Both the position numbers and the translations under genes were made by a program. Source: Octopus sinensis (Eukaryota). From it: DNA of 64,000 nt. The stretch lies in the NCBI RefSeq assembly GCF_006345805.1, contig NC_043003.1:99944001-100008000 (forward strand), in the 5' to 3' direction. The notes beneath the pieces were generated by a model. The model did not search any database. It was not told the DNA's origin and was given only the letters and a program-made list of their open reading frames with translations. Positions 50,408 through 61,810 of this stretch are shown one piece after another; the first letter of the stretch is position 1; each line of letters opens with the position of its first letter.

Positions 50408-53400
50408 TGATGATGATGATGATAACAATAATACTGTAGCCACTAATACTACCACCATTACTACTCTGACCACTATTACCACCCAGAGTCTGGAACATAA
50501 ATTAATATGAAATTTGATGACTTTAACCTTTTCATTGCCATATTTCTGTTGATACACAATGTTTATTTTGAAAATAATGAAAAGTTTAGTAAAATAACTT
50601 CGTCATTATCAAGGTGGTGTTTGGAACATAAATTAACATGGATTTTTGATGGAAGGTTTTCATTTAGATCACTTTAACCTTTTTATTACCATATTTATGT
50701 TGAAATAGTTTATCTTTGTTTTAATTAACTTTGAAAAGAAAGAAAAAATATAGTAGAATAATTGCCATTATTGAGTGGTGTTTGGAACTCATCATTAATT
50801 TTTGTTGGAATGTTTAATTTAGATGGCTCTAAAACAAGAAGTGTCATAGAATCAGAGGCATTCTTAGGTGGATTGGTATCAAAAGATAAAACACTTCCAC
50901 ATGGTCCTTGGTTGCCTTGGGACCATGTTTCAAGGACCCTGTTTCAAGCCTTCAGACCAAGTATCTGTTGTAAGGATTACTCTCTCCCTGCCTTCCGCCA
51001 GTCTAAGAATCCCTACAAAAATAGGGTAATGGGATGTTTTTTTTCCTCTGTTATCATCATCATCATCATTTAACATTTACCTTTCGTGCTGACATGGGTG
51101 AGATGATTTGATAGACTCCCATGAACTAGAAGGCAATGTATGTGGTCCTACTGCTGGATGTCCTTCCTAATGCTAACTACTGTACAGTGTACACTAGGTG
51201 CTTTTTTTTTTCATGGCACCACAACTCACAGAACATGTTCTAAGCTCATTTCTATAGGTACAGGTGTAGCTGTGTGGTAGGAAGCTTGCTTTCCAAACCA
51301 CATGGTTCCAAGTTCAATCCCACTGCATGGCACCTTGGGCCAACCAAAGCCTTGTGAGTGGATTTGGTAGACAGAAACTGAAAGAAGCCCATCGTGTGTG
51401 TGTCTGTATTTGTCCCCATCACCACTGCTTGACAACTGGTGCTGGTGCTGGTGTGTTTATGTCCCTGCAACTTAGTGGTTCAGCAAGGAGACTGATAGAA
51501 TAAGTACCAAGCTTAACAAAAAATGAATACAGGAGTTTATTCATTTGACTAAAAATTCTCCAAGCTGGTGCCCCAGCTTGGCTTCAGTCTAATGACTGAA
51601 ACAAGTGAAAGATAAAAGATAAGTGTTAAATGGTTGAAAGATATTGGTTTATTTTTCTATGACACTCCTAGACGTCCTGGTGTCTATTTCTCACTTGGCA
51701 GGCACGATAAAGTGTACCACACAGAGATACAATGAAATACAGAGTATAGCAAAAAGAAACCTCCTTTCACCAGTCTTGATAAATGTTCAACAGCAAACAC
51801 ACAGTGTGCACCAATTCAACCCATGATGGTAACTAAAACAAAAAAAAAGTCAGTAGAACATGAGCTACATGAAGATAGTTTTATTACCTGCCTAACTTTC
51901 CTAACACCACACCAATGGCCTTGTAAAATGTTGGAGGTTTTCTGCTGCACCCTGTAGTTAGAATGGATTTGAACTTGTGATTCATGAGCTAGTATTCCAA
52001 CAACTTATTTAGTCATTTAAGCTAAATTATAATTGCAGAATTAAAAATTCATGAAATACATCCTAATTTGGAAACTGTTTGATTATTTCTCACTCCTCTC
52101 TTCTGCCCATAACAATGATGATGATGGTAGAGGGTACATAGGTTGACATAGTGAAATTCATATACTTTCTTTCTTTTTCTCCATACCCAGGTTATTACTA
52201 CAGTATGGAATGTCGCTAGAATGGTGGTCTGAAGTTCAAAGGTAAGTATTGCAGATAAAGTCTTCATCTGTATTTAATGAAAATGTGTCTATTAAAAGAT
52301 ATGAGGAAAATATGCCTATCAAAAAATATAATCTATGACTGAATAAGCTATAGAATCTTATCATACAGACATGTAACAGGTCCCTGCCTAAAATTTGAAA
52401 ATTTGGTGCATTGTTTCCAGTTTAGAAATCTTCAATAAACATTAAATTTGATAAGTATTAAACTGAATGACATCAGCAAAAGATGAATGCAATCAAATGC
52501 CATAAATGCAGTTGGGAAATCTTTAGTAAATAAAATAATGAACTTTCCATATTAAATACTCTTGTCTTCAAAGTTTTAACCAACAGTTTTCTTTGGACTG
52601 AACAGCTAATTGATTGATTAACATCAGCTAAAAAAAACTGATTGATTAAATGCTGCAAATGCAGTTGGAAAATCTTTGATAATCATCATCATCATCATCA
52701 ACTACATTTAATGTCTTTTCCATGCTGACATGAGCTGGGTGGATTGACAGGAACTGGCAAGACCAGGGGCTGCACCAGGTTCCATTGTCGGTTTTGGCTT
52801 GGTTTCTACAGCTGGGTGCCCTTCCCAATGCCAATCACTCTACAGTCTACTGGATACTTCTTATGTGGTACCAGTACCCACACCAATGCTTTTTACATAG
52901 CACCTTGGTTGTAAGATTTCAACTGTTGTGGTGAGTGGGTCTTCTTGAGTATAGCAATGTGCCACATATCACAGTCCTCAACAGACCTTCCAAATTAAGT
53001 TCTGATAGCAGCAAAAAATTGACCAACAGCTTGCTCTAGACAAAACATCAGCTGATTCATTGATGCTAGCACTCTCAATCAAATAAGAACAACAACCACA
53101 TATACCGTCTATGATAGACAGCCAAATTGTATTAGTCCTGACAGATACAATATTACCCCCAAACCTTTCCATATTACATTACTTTTGGAAATCGTGAGAT
53201 CTATTTTTCTGGCCAAGTGAGAGTGTGGTTGGTAGAGGTTTCTACAACCAGATGCCCTTCCTATTTCCAACTCCTTATTTCCAAGTGGGGCACAGTAATG
53301 GTAATAACGATTTCTAACATAGACACAAAGTATGGAATTTGGGGAGGGGTTAGTTGGTTAAATCAACCCCAGTTCTAAGTATATATTCTAATATTGAAAT

Positions 53401-56400
53401 GACACAGAAGATTAGCATGACTCCTGTGCATTTGTGTATTTGGGAAGCATTCCATGTTTCTTTTTTAAGATCAACTTTGTCTTTCATCCTGACTGATAGA
53501 GGCCTCTAGAAAACAGTACTTATTTTATGGTCCTCCAGAAGGATGAAAGGAGAAGTCAACCTCAATAGGATATTTTTTTTTTATATTTAAATAATATTTA
53601 TACATAAATTTTATTTTAACTCCTAATAAAAGAATCTTTGGCAATGAAATGAGTACACCACCAACATCTAAGAAAGTAATTGAGTCTCTACCAACAAGAA
53701 AAGTAACAGCATCAGAAACAGGTAAGAACAGTAAAACATAATAATAATATAACATAACGATGTTTATTATCATTTTAAAGTCCACTTTTCTATTTTTGTC
53801 AGGGTCAAACAGAATTCATTGAGGCCGATTTTCCACCTGTTATATTTTAACAATATATCTATGAAAAGATTTTCTCTCAGACAAAACCCACAGCATTTCA
53901 ATGGTGTATATTTGTTAAATATGATACATAGATGGCTATGTTAATTCAATGCTGTCTCTATTGCATACATCAGAACTGATTTTGTTGCACTTTATTTGGA
54001 AAGCATTGTGGGGTCTGCAGTGGTTAAGCAATCACTCACTGGCTGCAAGGTCAGCAAATCATTTTGCAGGATTCTACATCAGTGATTCCCAACATGAGGC
54101 ATACGTCTCACAGATGGGGGCCTGGGATAATTGTGGTGGTGAGTGATATCCAGCTTTTAATCCAAAAGAATCAGTAAATATTTTGTGCAAAATGAAAAGT
54201 ACCAAGACATAGCTATGTGGTGACGTTGAAAAGAAATACCCTAACACTGCCATTTCAGCAACGGAACTTTTGATTTGTTTCCTCATGTCTTATTTGGTTG
54301 AGCATAGCTTTAATGCTGTTGATGATTTCTTTAAGCCAAGAGAAGCAAACTTGAAATTAGAAAACAGGATGAATTACAGCTGAAACAAACTTGTCTCCTT
54401 GAATCAACAAAATCTGCCAAAGTCACCAGGCACAAGGTTCTCATTAAGGTTCTCTGTTGCAAGCATTTGGACCAGGCCCTTGGTTCACACTACAATCACA
54501 TTTTTTCCTGCAGAGGTTTACGAGGTGGTATCAAAAAAGTTCCCGGACTAGTTCTGTAGCATGCCAACAGATAGCAGCAAACAGTTGTATGTGCAGTGAG
54601 AGCTAGCAGTGATCTTCATGAGGCAGTGTGCCGAGTGACATTGCTGTGTTTACTTCCCAATTTGTCTTTTTGTGATCATGTGTATGCTGTAGTCTGCGAT
54701 TTTGTTATGGACAGGAAGTTGGAACAAAGTGCCAATGTGAAGTTTTGCGTTAAACTTGGAAACTCTGCTACAGAGACATTAATCATGTTTTGGCAAGCTT
54801 ACGATGATGAGGCAATGGGTCATAAGCAATGTTTTGAGTGGTAAGAGCACTTCAGAAGTGGAAGAACATTCCTAGAAGATGATGAGCAATCTGGAAGACC
54901 TGCCATGAGCATCACCTCCAGAAATGTGGAAAAACTTCATCAGCTTGTTTATGTCTCTCATAAATGGAGGACAATGAACAATATCTGTCGTATGGATCCA
55001 TACAAGCAATCCTAATGTTAAAATTGAATATGCAGTGTGTCTCTGCCAAGTTTGTCCCCCACCTGCTGACCACTGAGCAGAAAGAACATCATGTCGAAGT
55101 CTGTCCAGATCTCCATCAGTGTGCCACTGATGACCCATCCTTCATGTTGAGGATTATCACCGATGACAAGAGTTGGGTCTATGGGTATGACCCTGTGACA
55201 AAGCAGCAGTTTCCACAATGGAAGAGCAAGAGCACGAAGAATTGGATTCTTCACGATGACAATGCACCATCACCGAGCTCTCCTCACTTGTAGTTTCTTG
55301 CCAAAAACAACATGGTATCACTTCCACACCCACCCCTATTCGCCAGATTTAACCCCCCTTGGACTTCCATCTCTTCCCCAAAATGAAGACGCAGTCCAAA
55401 GGTCGCTGTTTTGACACCATTGTCGAGATCCAGAGCAAATTGCAAAAGGTCCTCAACTCCCTTACAGAAAACGACCTTCCAGGCTGGATTCCAAAAGTGA
55501 CAAGAATACTGGGACATGTGTATTACTGCACAAAGTGACCATTTTGAAGGATATGGTATTAAAACTTAGGTAAATAAGTTATTTTTTAGTAAGCATTACT
55601 TGTCTGGGAACTTTTTGATACTTCCTCATACTCTCAGCTTTGGCTACATTGATCTGCAACCAAAGATGCAAAGGGCATGGCCTATCTACTTCTAATTATT
55701 AAAAAAAATATATTCACCACAGGAAGCATTTATATGTTAAGTAGCTTTACTATAGACATGATGTGAGGCCTATTAACCCTTTTGATACCAACCTGTTTCA
55801 GACTACCCCTGGTTCTGTGAGGCAAAACTTCCTGTTTTAAAGTGATCCAAATTAAACTTTCCATTGATATTTCATGTTAATTTATGTTCCAAACACCAGC
55901 TTAATAATGAGTTATTTTACTAAATTTTTCAGTATTTTCAAAATTTTTCAGCAGAAATGGGTAACAAAAGGGTAAATCGACTATAATTGTTGACTCTTCA
56001 GGTACATTGACCACAAATATGGTCCATGTATGTATTTGGTCATCAGTAATTGTTTTAACTAACTTAGTTAATAAATGAACCAATGAATCCTTACTCTTCA
56101 TTTATTTAAAAAAACATTTGTTCTGTTACCATTTCAGAAGATTCTCTCAAATGTACAATATGTCTTGGTGAGTTTGAGGAAAATAATGAAATAAAGACTT
56201 TACCTTGCAACCATCAGTTTCACAGTAGTTGTATCCTACCATGGTTAGAGAAGGTGAGTGTCAACAACATCATCATCATCATCATCATATTAATGTCTAC
56301 TTATTCTTTCTTACATGGATCCAGCAGAATTTATTGAGGTGGATTTTTTAGACAGATGCCTTTCCTATCACCAATCCTCACTTGTTTCCAAACAAAGTTA

Positions 56401-59400
56401 TATTACATGTAGTCTATCAAACGACAAAACAACCTAGGCATAGTTACGAGTGTCTTAAGATGATCATGCAACATGACAAGATGCATCAAGAAACCCATGT
56501 GTTTTCATGGCTATCCTAATTTCTACATGCATTAACACATGTCCTGATACTCTACATACATTAATATCTTCATCATCATCATCATCGTTTAACGTCCGCT
56601 TTCCATGCTGACATGGGTTGGACGATTTGACTGAGGGCTGGCAAACCAGATGGCTGCGCCAGGCTTCAATCTTGATCTGGCAGAGTTTCTACAGCTGGAT
56701 GCCCTTCCTATTGCCAACCACTCCAAGAGTGTAGTGGGTGCTTTTATGTGCCACCAGCACGGGGCCAGTCAGGCAGTACTGGCAACGACCTCGCTCGAAT
56801 CTTTTACACATGCCACCGGCACAGGTGCCAGTAAGGTGATGCTGGTAACGATCACGCTCGAATGGTGTCTTTTACATGCCACCGGTACGGAGGCCAGATA
56901 GCTGCTCTGGCAATGATCATGCTCGGATGGTGCTCTTAACACTCTACTAGCACGGGGCTCAAGTGCCAGTAAGGCGACACTGGTAACGATCACACTCGAA
57001 TGGTGCCTTTTATGTGCCACTGGCACAGAAGCCGGTTAGCCGCTCTGTCAACAATCACACTTGCATGGTGCTCTTTGCACCCTGCTAGCACGGATGCCAG
57101 TCATCGATTTTGATTTTGTTTTCACTTGCCTCAACAGGTCTTCACAAGCAGAGTTTTAGTGTTGAAAGAAGGAAAAGGTACACATAAGTGGTTATGCTCC
57201 TGGCATAGGCCACGAAGTTATGGTCTCATTTGGCTTGTCGGGTCTTCTCAAGCACAGCATATTTCCAAAAGTTTCAGTCACTAGTCATTTCCTTGGTGAG
57301 GTCTAAAGTTCAAAGGTCGTGCTTCACCACTTCATCCCAGGTCTTCCTGGGTCTTCCACAGGTTCCCTCAACCGCTAGGGTGTGGAACTTTTTCACACCT
57401 ATCCTCATCCATTCTCGCCACATGACCATACCAGCGCAGTCGTCTCTCTTGCACACCACATCTGATGCTTCTTAGGTCCAACATTTCTCTCAAGGTACTT
57501 ACACTCTGTCGAGTATGCACACTACAAACATTAATATGTGTCCTAATATTCTACATGCATTAATACATGCCTTATATATTTCCTGACACAATTTTAAATT
57601 GCTTCACCTTTCTTTAGGTTAACACATGTCCAATGTGTCGGACAGAATTCCCAACAGACAATCCAGAGTATGAAGAATACCGGGCTCACAAGGTAAGTTT
57701 TTTTCATATGTGAGTAGTTATTTCTACAATACAGATGTTAGGCTATATTTTATACAGTAGTGAATGTTCTGGCTATTTATAAATAATCACATTGGTTCTT
57801 GATAAAAATTTACTTTCAAATTTTACTTAATATTTTTCAATTTGAAAAGACAAATAGATAAAAAAAAAGGCTGTTTTCCTCAAACATGAAAATCATGAAA
57901 GGAAAAAAAAATTAAAGTAGATATATATTTTTCAATTTGAAATTATTTAATATTCAGTGAAAAAAAAGAGATAAAATTGAATAAAGTGGATATAACATTT
58001 ATAATGTACATACAAGCATTGAATAGCTCTAACAGTAATATTTTGTCTCAGACAAACTTCTCAAAGAGACTTGTATTTCTTTGATAAGGTTTCTCTAAGA
58101 CAAAATGTTACAAATAGTGCCATTATAGTTTTGTATGTACATTATGCTTTAACCATCATTCTTTTAATCTAGTGCTGTTTCAAGTGTGTATATTGATTTA
58201 GATAAAATAGGTGCAGCCATGGCTGTGTGGTTGAGAAATTTGCTTCTTAATCACCTAACTAGTCTTGACCTGACCAAAGCCTTGTGAGTTGGTTTGATAG
58301 ACAAAAACTGAGAGGTAGCTATTGTATATATGTATGTGTGAATGTATTTGTATGTAAGTGTGAAATTGTAAGACAGTTGTGAGTGTCACTCTCATACAAG
58401 CAGTTTCATTCATTTCCATCTTCTGTGAAAGTATGTCAGGCCATGGGGAAATACTACCCTGCATGGAAACAGGTGAGGGTTGGCAACAGAAGGGGCATCC
58501 TACCATAGAAAATCAGACTCAATAAATTCCATCCAATCCATGCAAACATGGAAAAGTGGACATGCTTACATGGATTGGATGGAATTTATTGAGGTGATGG
58601 AAAAGATTCCTTCGCAAGCAACCAGTAAAAATTGAACCAACATCTTGTTGATGCCTTGAAGCATTGACCTGAATTTAATATCAAAATAATCCATTCAGTA
58701 ACTACATTCTGAAATAGAATATTGTTTTTAAAATTATAGTCCACTTGTGTACTACCGGGATGGAGGGAGATACAACTCTGTTTACAATCACTTTTGTGCC
58801 CTCACCATCTTGGAGGTACATAACTGAACTAGAGATTTAAAATAGGAAAAAAAAAACCTGTTCAGAATTAAGATAATCTGTGTAAGGGATTATTTGACTG
58901 GTGAACTGGGAGTCAATATTTGAAGTAGATAATACACCATGACATTAGCTAGAAGGTGTTAATTCAATTCTCCTTGGTTACTAATTTTGTTTTCTCATTT
59001 TCTTTCAAGTCTTTCACATGTGTATCACATTTTGTTTTAACATTCAGTTGTAGATTAATCCTTGAAAATGATCAAATTTAATTATTATTGATCAACGGAA
59101 GGGAAATTACTGAGTGAATGGCAAGTTTGGATGTCTTTGATAAACTAGGCAAAATAGTTACTTGTCATATCCTTGCCCCAAATTGATGATATTTTGCTGA
59201 TATTTTATATAACATCGTTCTCATGAGAGTGATGGAGTAGCATAAGCAGTTTGAGTGCAAGGCTAAAAGTTTTGCTGTTGTTACTAACACTCGTTTATGA
59301 TTTTAAAGATCAAAAGCCACTGGGACTGACTTTGTCATTAATTAGAAACTCTTCTTCAACATTTTGTGGCCTTTGATTGATATAAGAAATGATCATCATT

Positions 59401-59836
59401 GTGGGGTTCTTTTGATTTAATTTTTTTTTTATGTTCATAGGGACTGGGTATTTTTCAATACAGCATCCCTATATATTTCTCAGTCACATAACATCTGTAA
59501 TGCATATAATTCTTCCTCACATCTGACCTAATTACTTCGTCCCAGATCTTCCTTAGTCTGCATCCACCACACTACTATAGATAGCTTTCACCATCAGTGC
59601 ACAGAACTTTTTGATCAATTTTGTATTTCATACCATCAGTCACTGGTCCAAATCCATATCCTCAAACATTGTTGATGAGGATAATGACATTGGGGATGAT
59701 GATGTGTAATTAATCAATTATTTCAACCTTCCTCCTTCCATTTCTCAACTAAACCATTTTCTCTTTTCTATTGCAGGCTCGCCAGAAACAGAGAGATTTT
59801 GAACTTGATTCTTTACATAATTCCATGTTTGGTTGA
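38976..59836 (+). CDS. RNF181: E3 ubiquitin ligase RNF181 gene, spliced CDS join(38976..39055,52191..52241,53633..53721,56138..56253,57618..57692,59777..59836), 156 aa
   Basis: [13 protein letters not shown]-terminus; [12 protein letters not shown]; RING-H2 [27 protein letters not shown]; LHNSMFG* C-terminus; phases consistent (2,2,1,0,0); 471 nt. Confidence 0.95.
43199..46696 (-). mobile_element. Full-length decayed Charlie-type hAT transposon (ZBED5/SCAND3-like transposase)
   Basis: TIRs CAGTGTTTCTCAAC / GTTGAGAAACCCTG; TSD ttctaaac / ttctaaat; fragments [46 protein letters not shown]. Confidence 0.92.
47609..50370 (-). mobile_element. 5'-truncated L1/Tx1-clade LINE (ORF2 RT and C-terminal region), relatively young
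   Basis: 346-aa ORF 49248..50288 ([46 protein letters not shown]); SAYADD in ORF 48941..49267; GC- and CpG-rich; TAATTAAT at 47601..47608 and 50371..50378 within (TAA)n. Confidence 0.9.
51255..51622 (+). mobile_element. tRNA-derived SINE
   Basis: A-box-like tagctgtgtgg, B-box-like agttcaatccc, and a gactgaaacaagtgaaagataaaagataag tail. Related heads at about 19315 and 58210; a related tail on minus at about 12940-13140. Confidence 0.65.
52191..52241 (+). CDS. RNF181: RNF181 coding exon 2 ([16 protein letters not shown])
   Basis: Long pyrimidine tract + CCCAG acceptor; AG|GTAAGT donor; phase 2/2. Confidence 0.85.
53633..53721 (+). CDS. RNF181: RNF181 coding exon 3 ([29 protein letters not shown])
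   Basis: PPxSKxVxExLP motif typical of the pre-RING region; AAG acceptor; G|GTAAGA donor. Confidence 0.9.
54250..54447 (+). mobile_element. Charlie-type hAT transposase C-terminal fragment
   Basis: SYLVEHSF and HQAQGSH* motifs parallel the C-terminus of the 43199..46696 element. Confidence 0.6.
54521..55628 (+). mobile_element. mariner transposon with internal deletion
   Basis: TA|CGAGGTGGTATCAAAAAAGTTCCCGGAC ... GTCTGGGAACTTTTTGATACTTCCTCA|TA; peptides [31 protein letters not shown]; segment missing between QW and the second catalytic Asp. Confidence 0.92.
55777..55972. mobile_element. TTAA-targeting (piggyBac-like) MITE
   Basis: TTAA|CCCTTTTGATACC ... GGTAACAAAAGGG|TAAA; same family as 60040..60261; partial copies near 9387, 41790-42040 and 50510-50890. 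Confidence 0.7.
56138..56253 (+). CDS. RNF181: RNF181 coding exon 4 (RING-H2 core)
   Basis: [39 protein letters not shown]; TTTCAG acceptor, GTGAGT donor. Confidence 0.95.
56571..57515 (-). mobile_element. 5'-truncated RTE copy with ~6-unit [13 protein letters not shown] in the 3' UTR
   Basis: (CAT)n tail, repeat units of about 62 bp, reverse complement of the [15 protein letters not shown] coding end. Confidence 0.88.
57618..57692 (+). CDS. RNF181: RNF181 coding exon 5 ([25 protein letters not shown])
   Basis: TCTTTAG acceptor, GTAAGT donor, phase 0/0. Confidence 0.95.
59777..59836 (+). CDS. RNF181: RNF181 coding exon 6 ([19 protein letters not shown])
   Basis: TTGCAG acceptor; TGA at 59834..59836; AATAAA at 59867..59872. 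Confidence 0.95.
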   Translation, partial: ARQKQRDFELDSLHNSMFG

Positions 59837-60039
59837 CTTAAACCCTGTATAAAGGCTTTGTTAAGAAATAAATCAAATATAAAACTCACACTTTTAAGTA
59901 GATTTCACTATTTTCCTTGTCTCTTTTTTGTGACTCACAGTGGCTATAAGGTGTACTCAACAGCTAACCACAAGGTTATGAGTTTAAACTTTACAACAGC
60001 TGTAACATGATGTTATTAAGTAAGGCACAACACACTTAA

Positions 60040-60261
60040 CCCTTTCGTTACCATATTTATTTTGAGATGCTCAATGTTTCTTTCAATTAATTTTAAATAT
60101 AACAAAGAATTTAGTAAAATAACTTAGTTATCATTAAGCTAGTGTTAAGAACATAAATTGTGACTAAGGTTTGGTGGGAGATTTTAATTCAAAACTTATG
60201 AAAACAAAACATTTGTACTACAGAGCCAGAGGTGGTTTCAGCCGGGTTGGTAACAAAAGGG
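60040..60261. mobile_element. TTAA-flanked MITE (222 bp)
   Basis: TTAA|CCCTTTCGTTACC ... GGTAACAAAAGGG|TTAA. Confidence 0.85.
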
Positions 60262-60834
60262 TTAAGTTTGTCTACTCTGACATAATAGGCATCACTTTCT
60301 GCTTTACAATTAAAAGGGAGAAAATGTCCAGCTGTAAAAATAACTGCACCAATAAAGTAGTCTCTCAGACTGCTAGAAATAGGTGTAAATCTACCTCAAA
60401 TCACAACCTATGCTCTTAAAAACAAGTAGTTCACATTGAATATTTTGTACTAGATACATTCTGTGAAGAAATGAAGGCTTAGAACATCTTTTATCATTAA
60501 TCTGGTTGATTGGTGTTGACCTGAAACTAAAATAATGACTCAGCTGCACCTACAAAAGCAGATTGGATAATAAGAGAAAGCAACAGGCTCAGGTTGACAC
60601 GCTCTCCAATCATACGATGAAATACTGCATGTCAAAGTGTATAGTCAACTGATATATGTACACAATGGATTTGTGGTTGCACCAAGTTGGCTTGATCAGA
60701 GCTGACCATTCCACCAAATTAACTATGGAAAAATTATGATGTAAAATAACTGAGGGAGGAAAAGATATTTTCATGTTATTTCTTTTTTAGATATGGCAGT
60801 CACACTTCCTGTATAACTGCTGCAGGATGTTTAA

Positions 60835-61039
60835 CCCTTTAGCATTCAGATTATGCTTATTTATTTACATTGTTTTGAATTAATCATGCATTATCTTGTG
60901 GCTTGAAGATTTTGATGATGTGATTGTTTAGTTCTAGTATGACATTGAGAGGCAAATATAAGATGTTGGACCTGGTCAGTTTGAACATAAAAGAGGCAGA
61001 ATGTTTTGGCTGGACATGGCTGGTTTAATTGCTAAAGGG
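60835..61039. mobile_element. TTAA-flanked MITE (205 bp)
   Basis: TTAA|CCCTTTAGCA ... TGCTAAAGGG|TTAA. Confidence 0.85.
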
Positions 61040-61810
61040 TTAATTTTCTGCATAGCTGTGGTAGCATGTCTCACTTCCTGTAGTATTGTGGTTGTGTGTC
61101 TTACTTATAATCTAACAATATTTGAACTATTATCTACATCAAAACCTGTTTCTAGCATAGTCATGTTCATATTCCTTTCAGTTTCTAACTTGCTGTTTTA
61201 TCACAACAATGTTTCTCATTTCCTGTTTAGCAATGACAGTGTTTTGTCTTATTTTAATGGGTAGAGCCATAGTCAAATATGTTCTTCTTTAACCATGATA
61301 GCATTGCATATTTTTGGTTTAGTACTGTCAGTGTTGTTTACTTCCTGTTTAATTGTAGTATGTTACTTATTCCTAGTTTATACATGGTACCATTCCTTTT
61401 CTTCTTTTTTAAATACCATATTTATTTAAAGGAAAAGAACAAGCATGGTCATGTGATTTCCATAGTGTAAACTGGCAAGCTTTTACAGCCTACATTAGTA
61501 AAGTTCAAAAGGTTATCTTCAAGTTTGCTTTTTATTTTGTTTTGTATGCATGAACTTTCAGTGAATTTAAACAGCAATTGCAGTACATTTAACTAAACAT
61601 TCTTTTCTCTGTACATCATATTAAAGAAGAGTCAGTGCTTAACATAAAGAAAATATATTTTTCAAGGACTTCATTGCTCATAATTATGGCTGTGCATGAC
61701 ACATTAGTGTGTATTACATCCAAATAAATACAGTATTTGACAAAAACATTTTGGTTGTGTTCAATTACAGGAACTTTACAGCACCTCTTTGTAATATATA
61801 ATATGTATAT

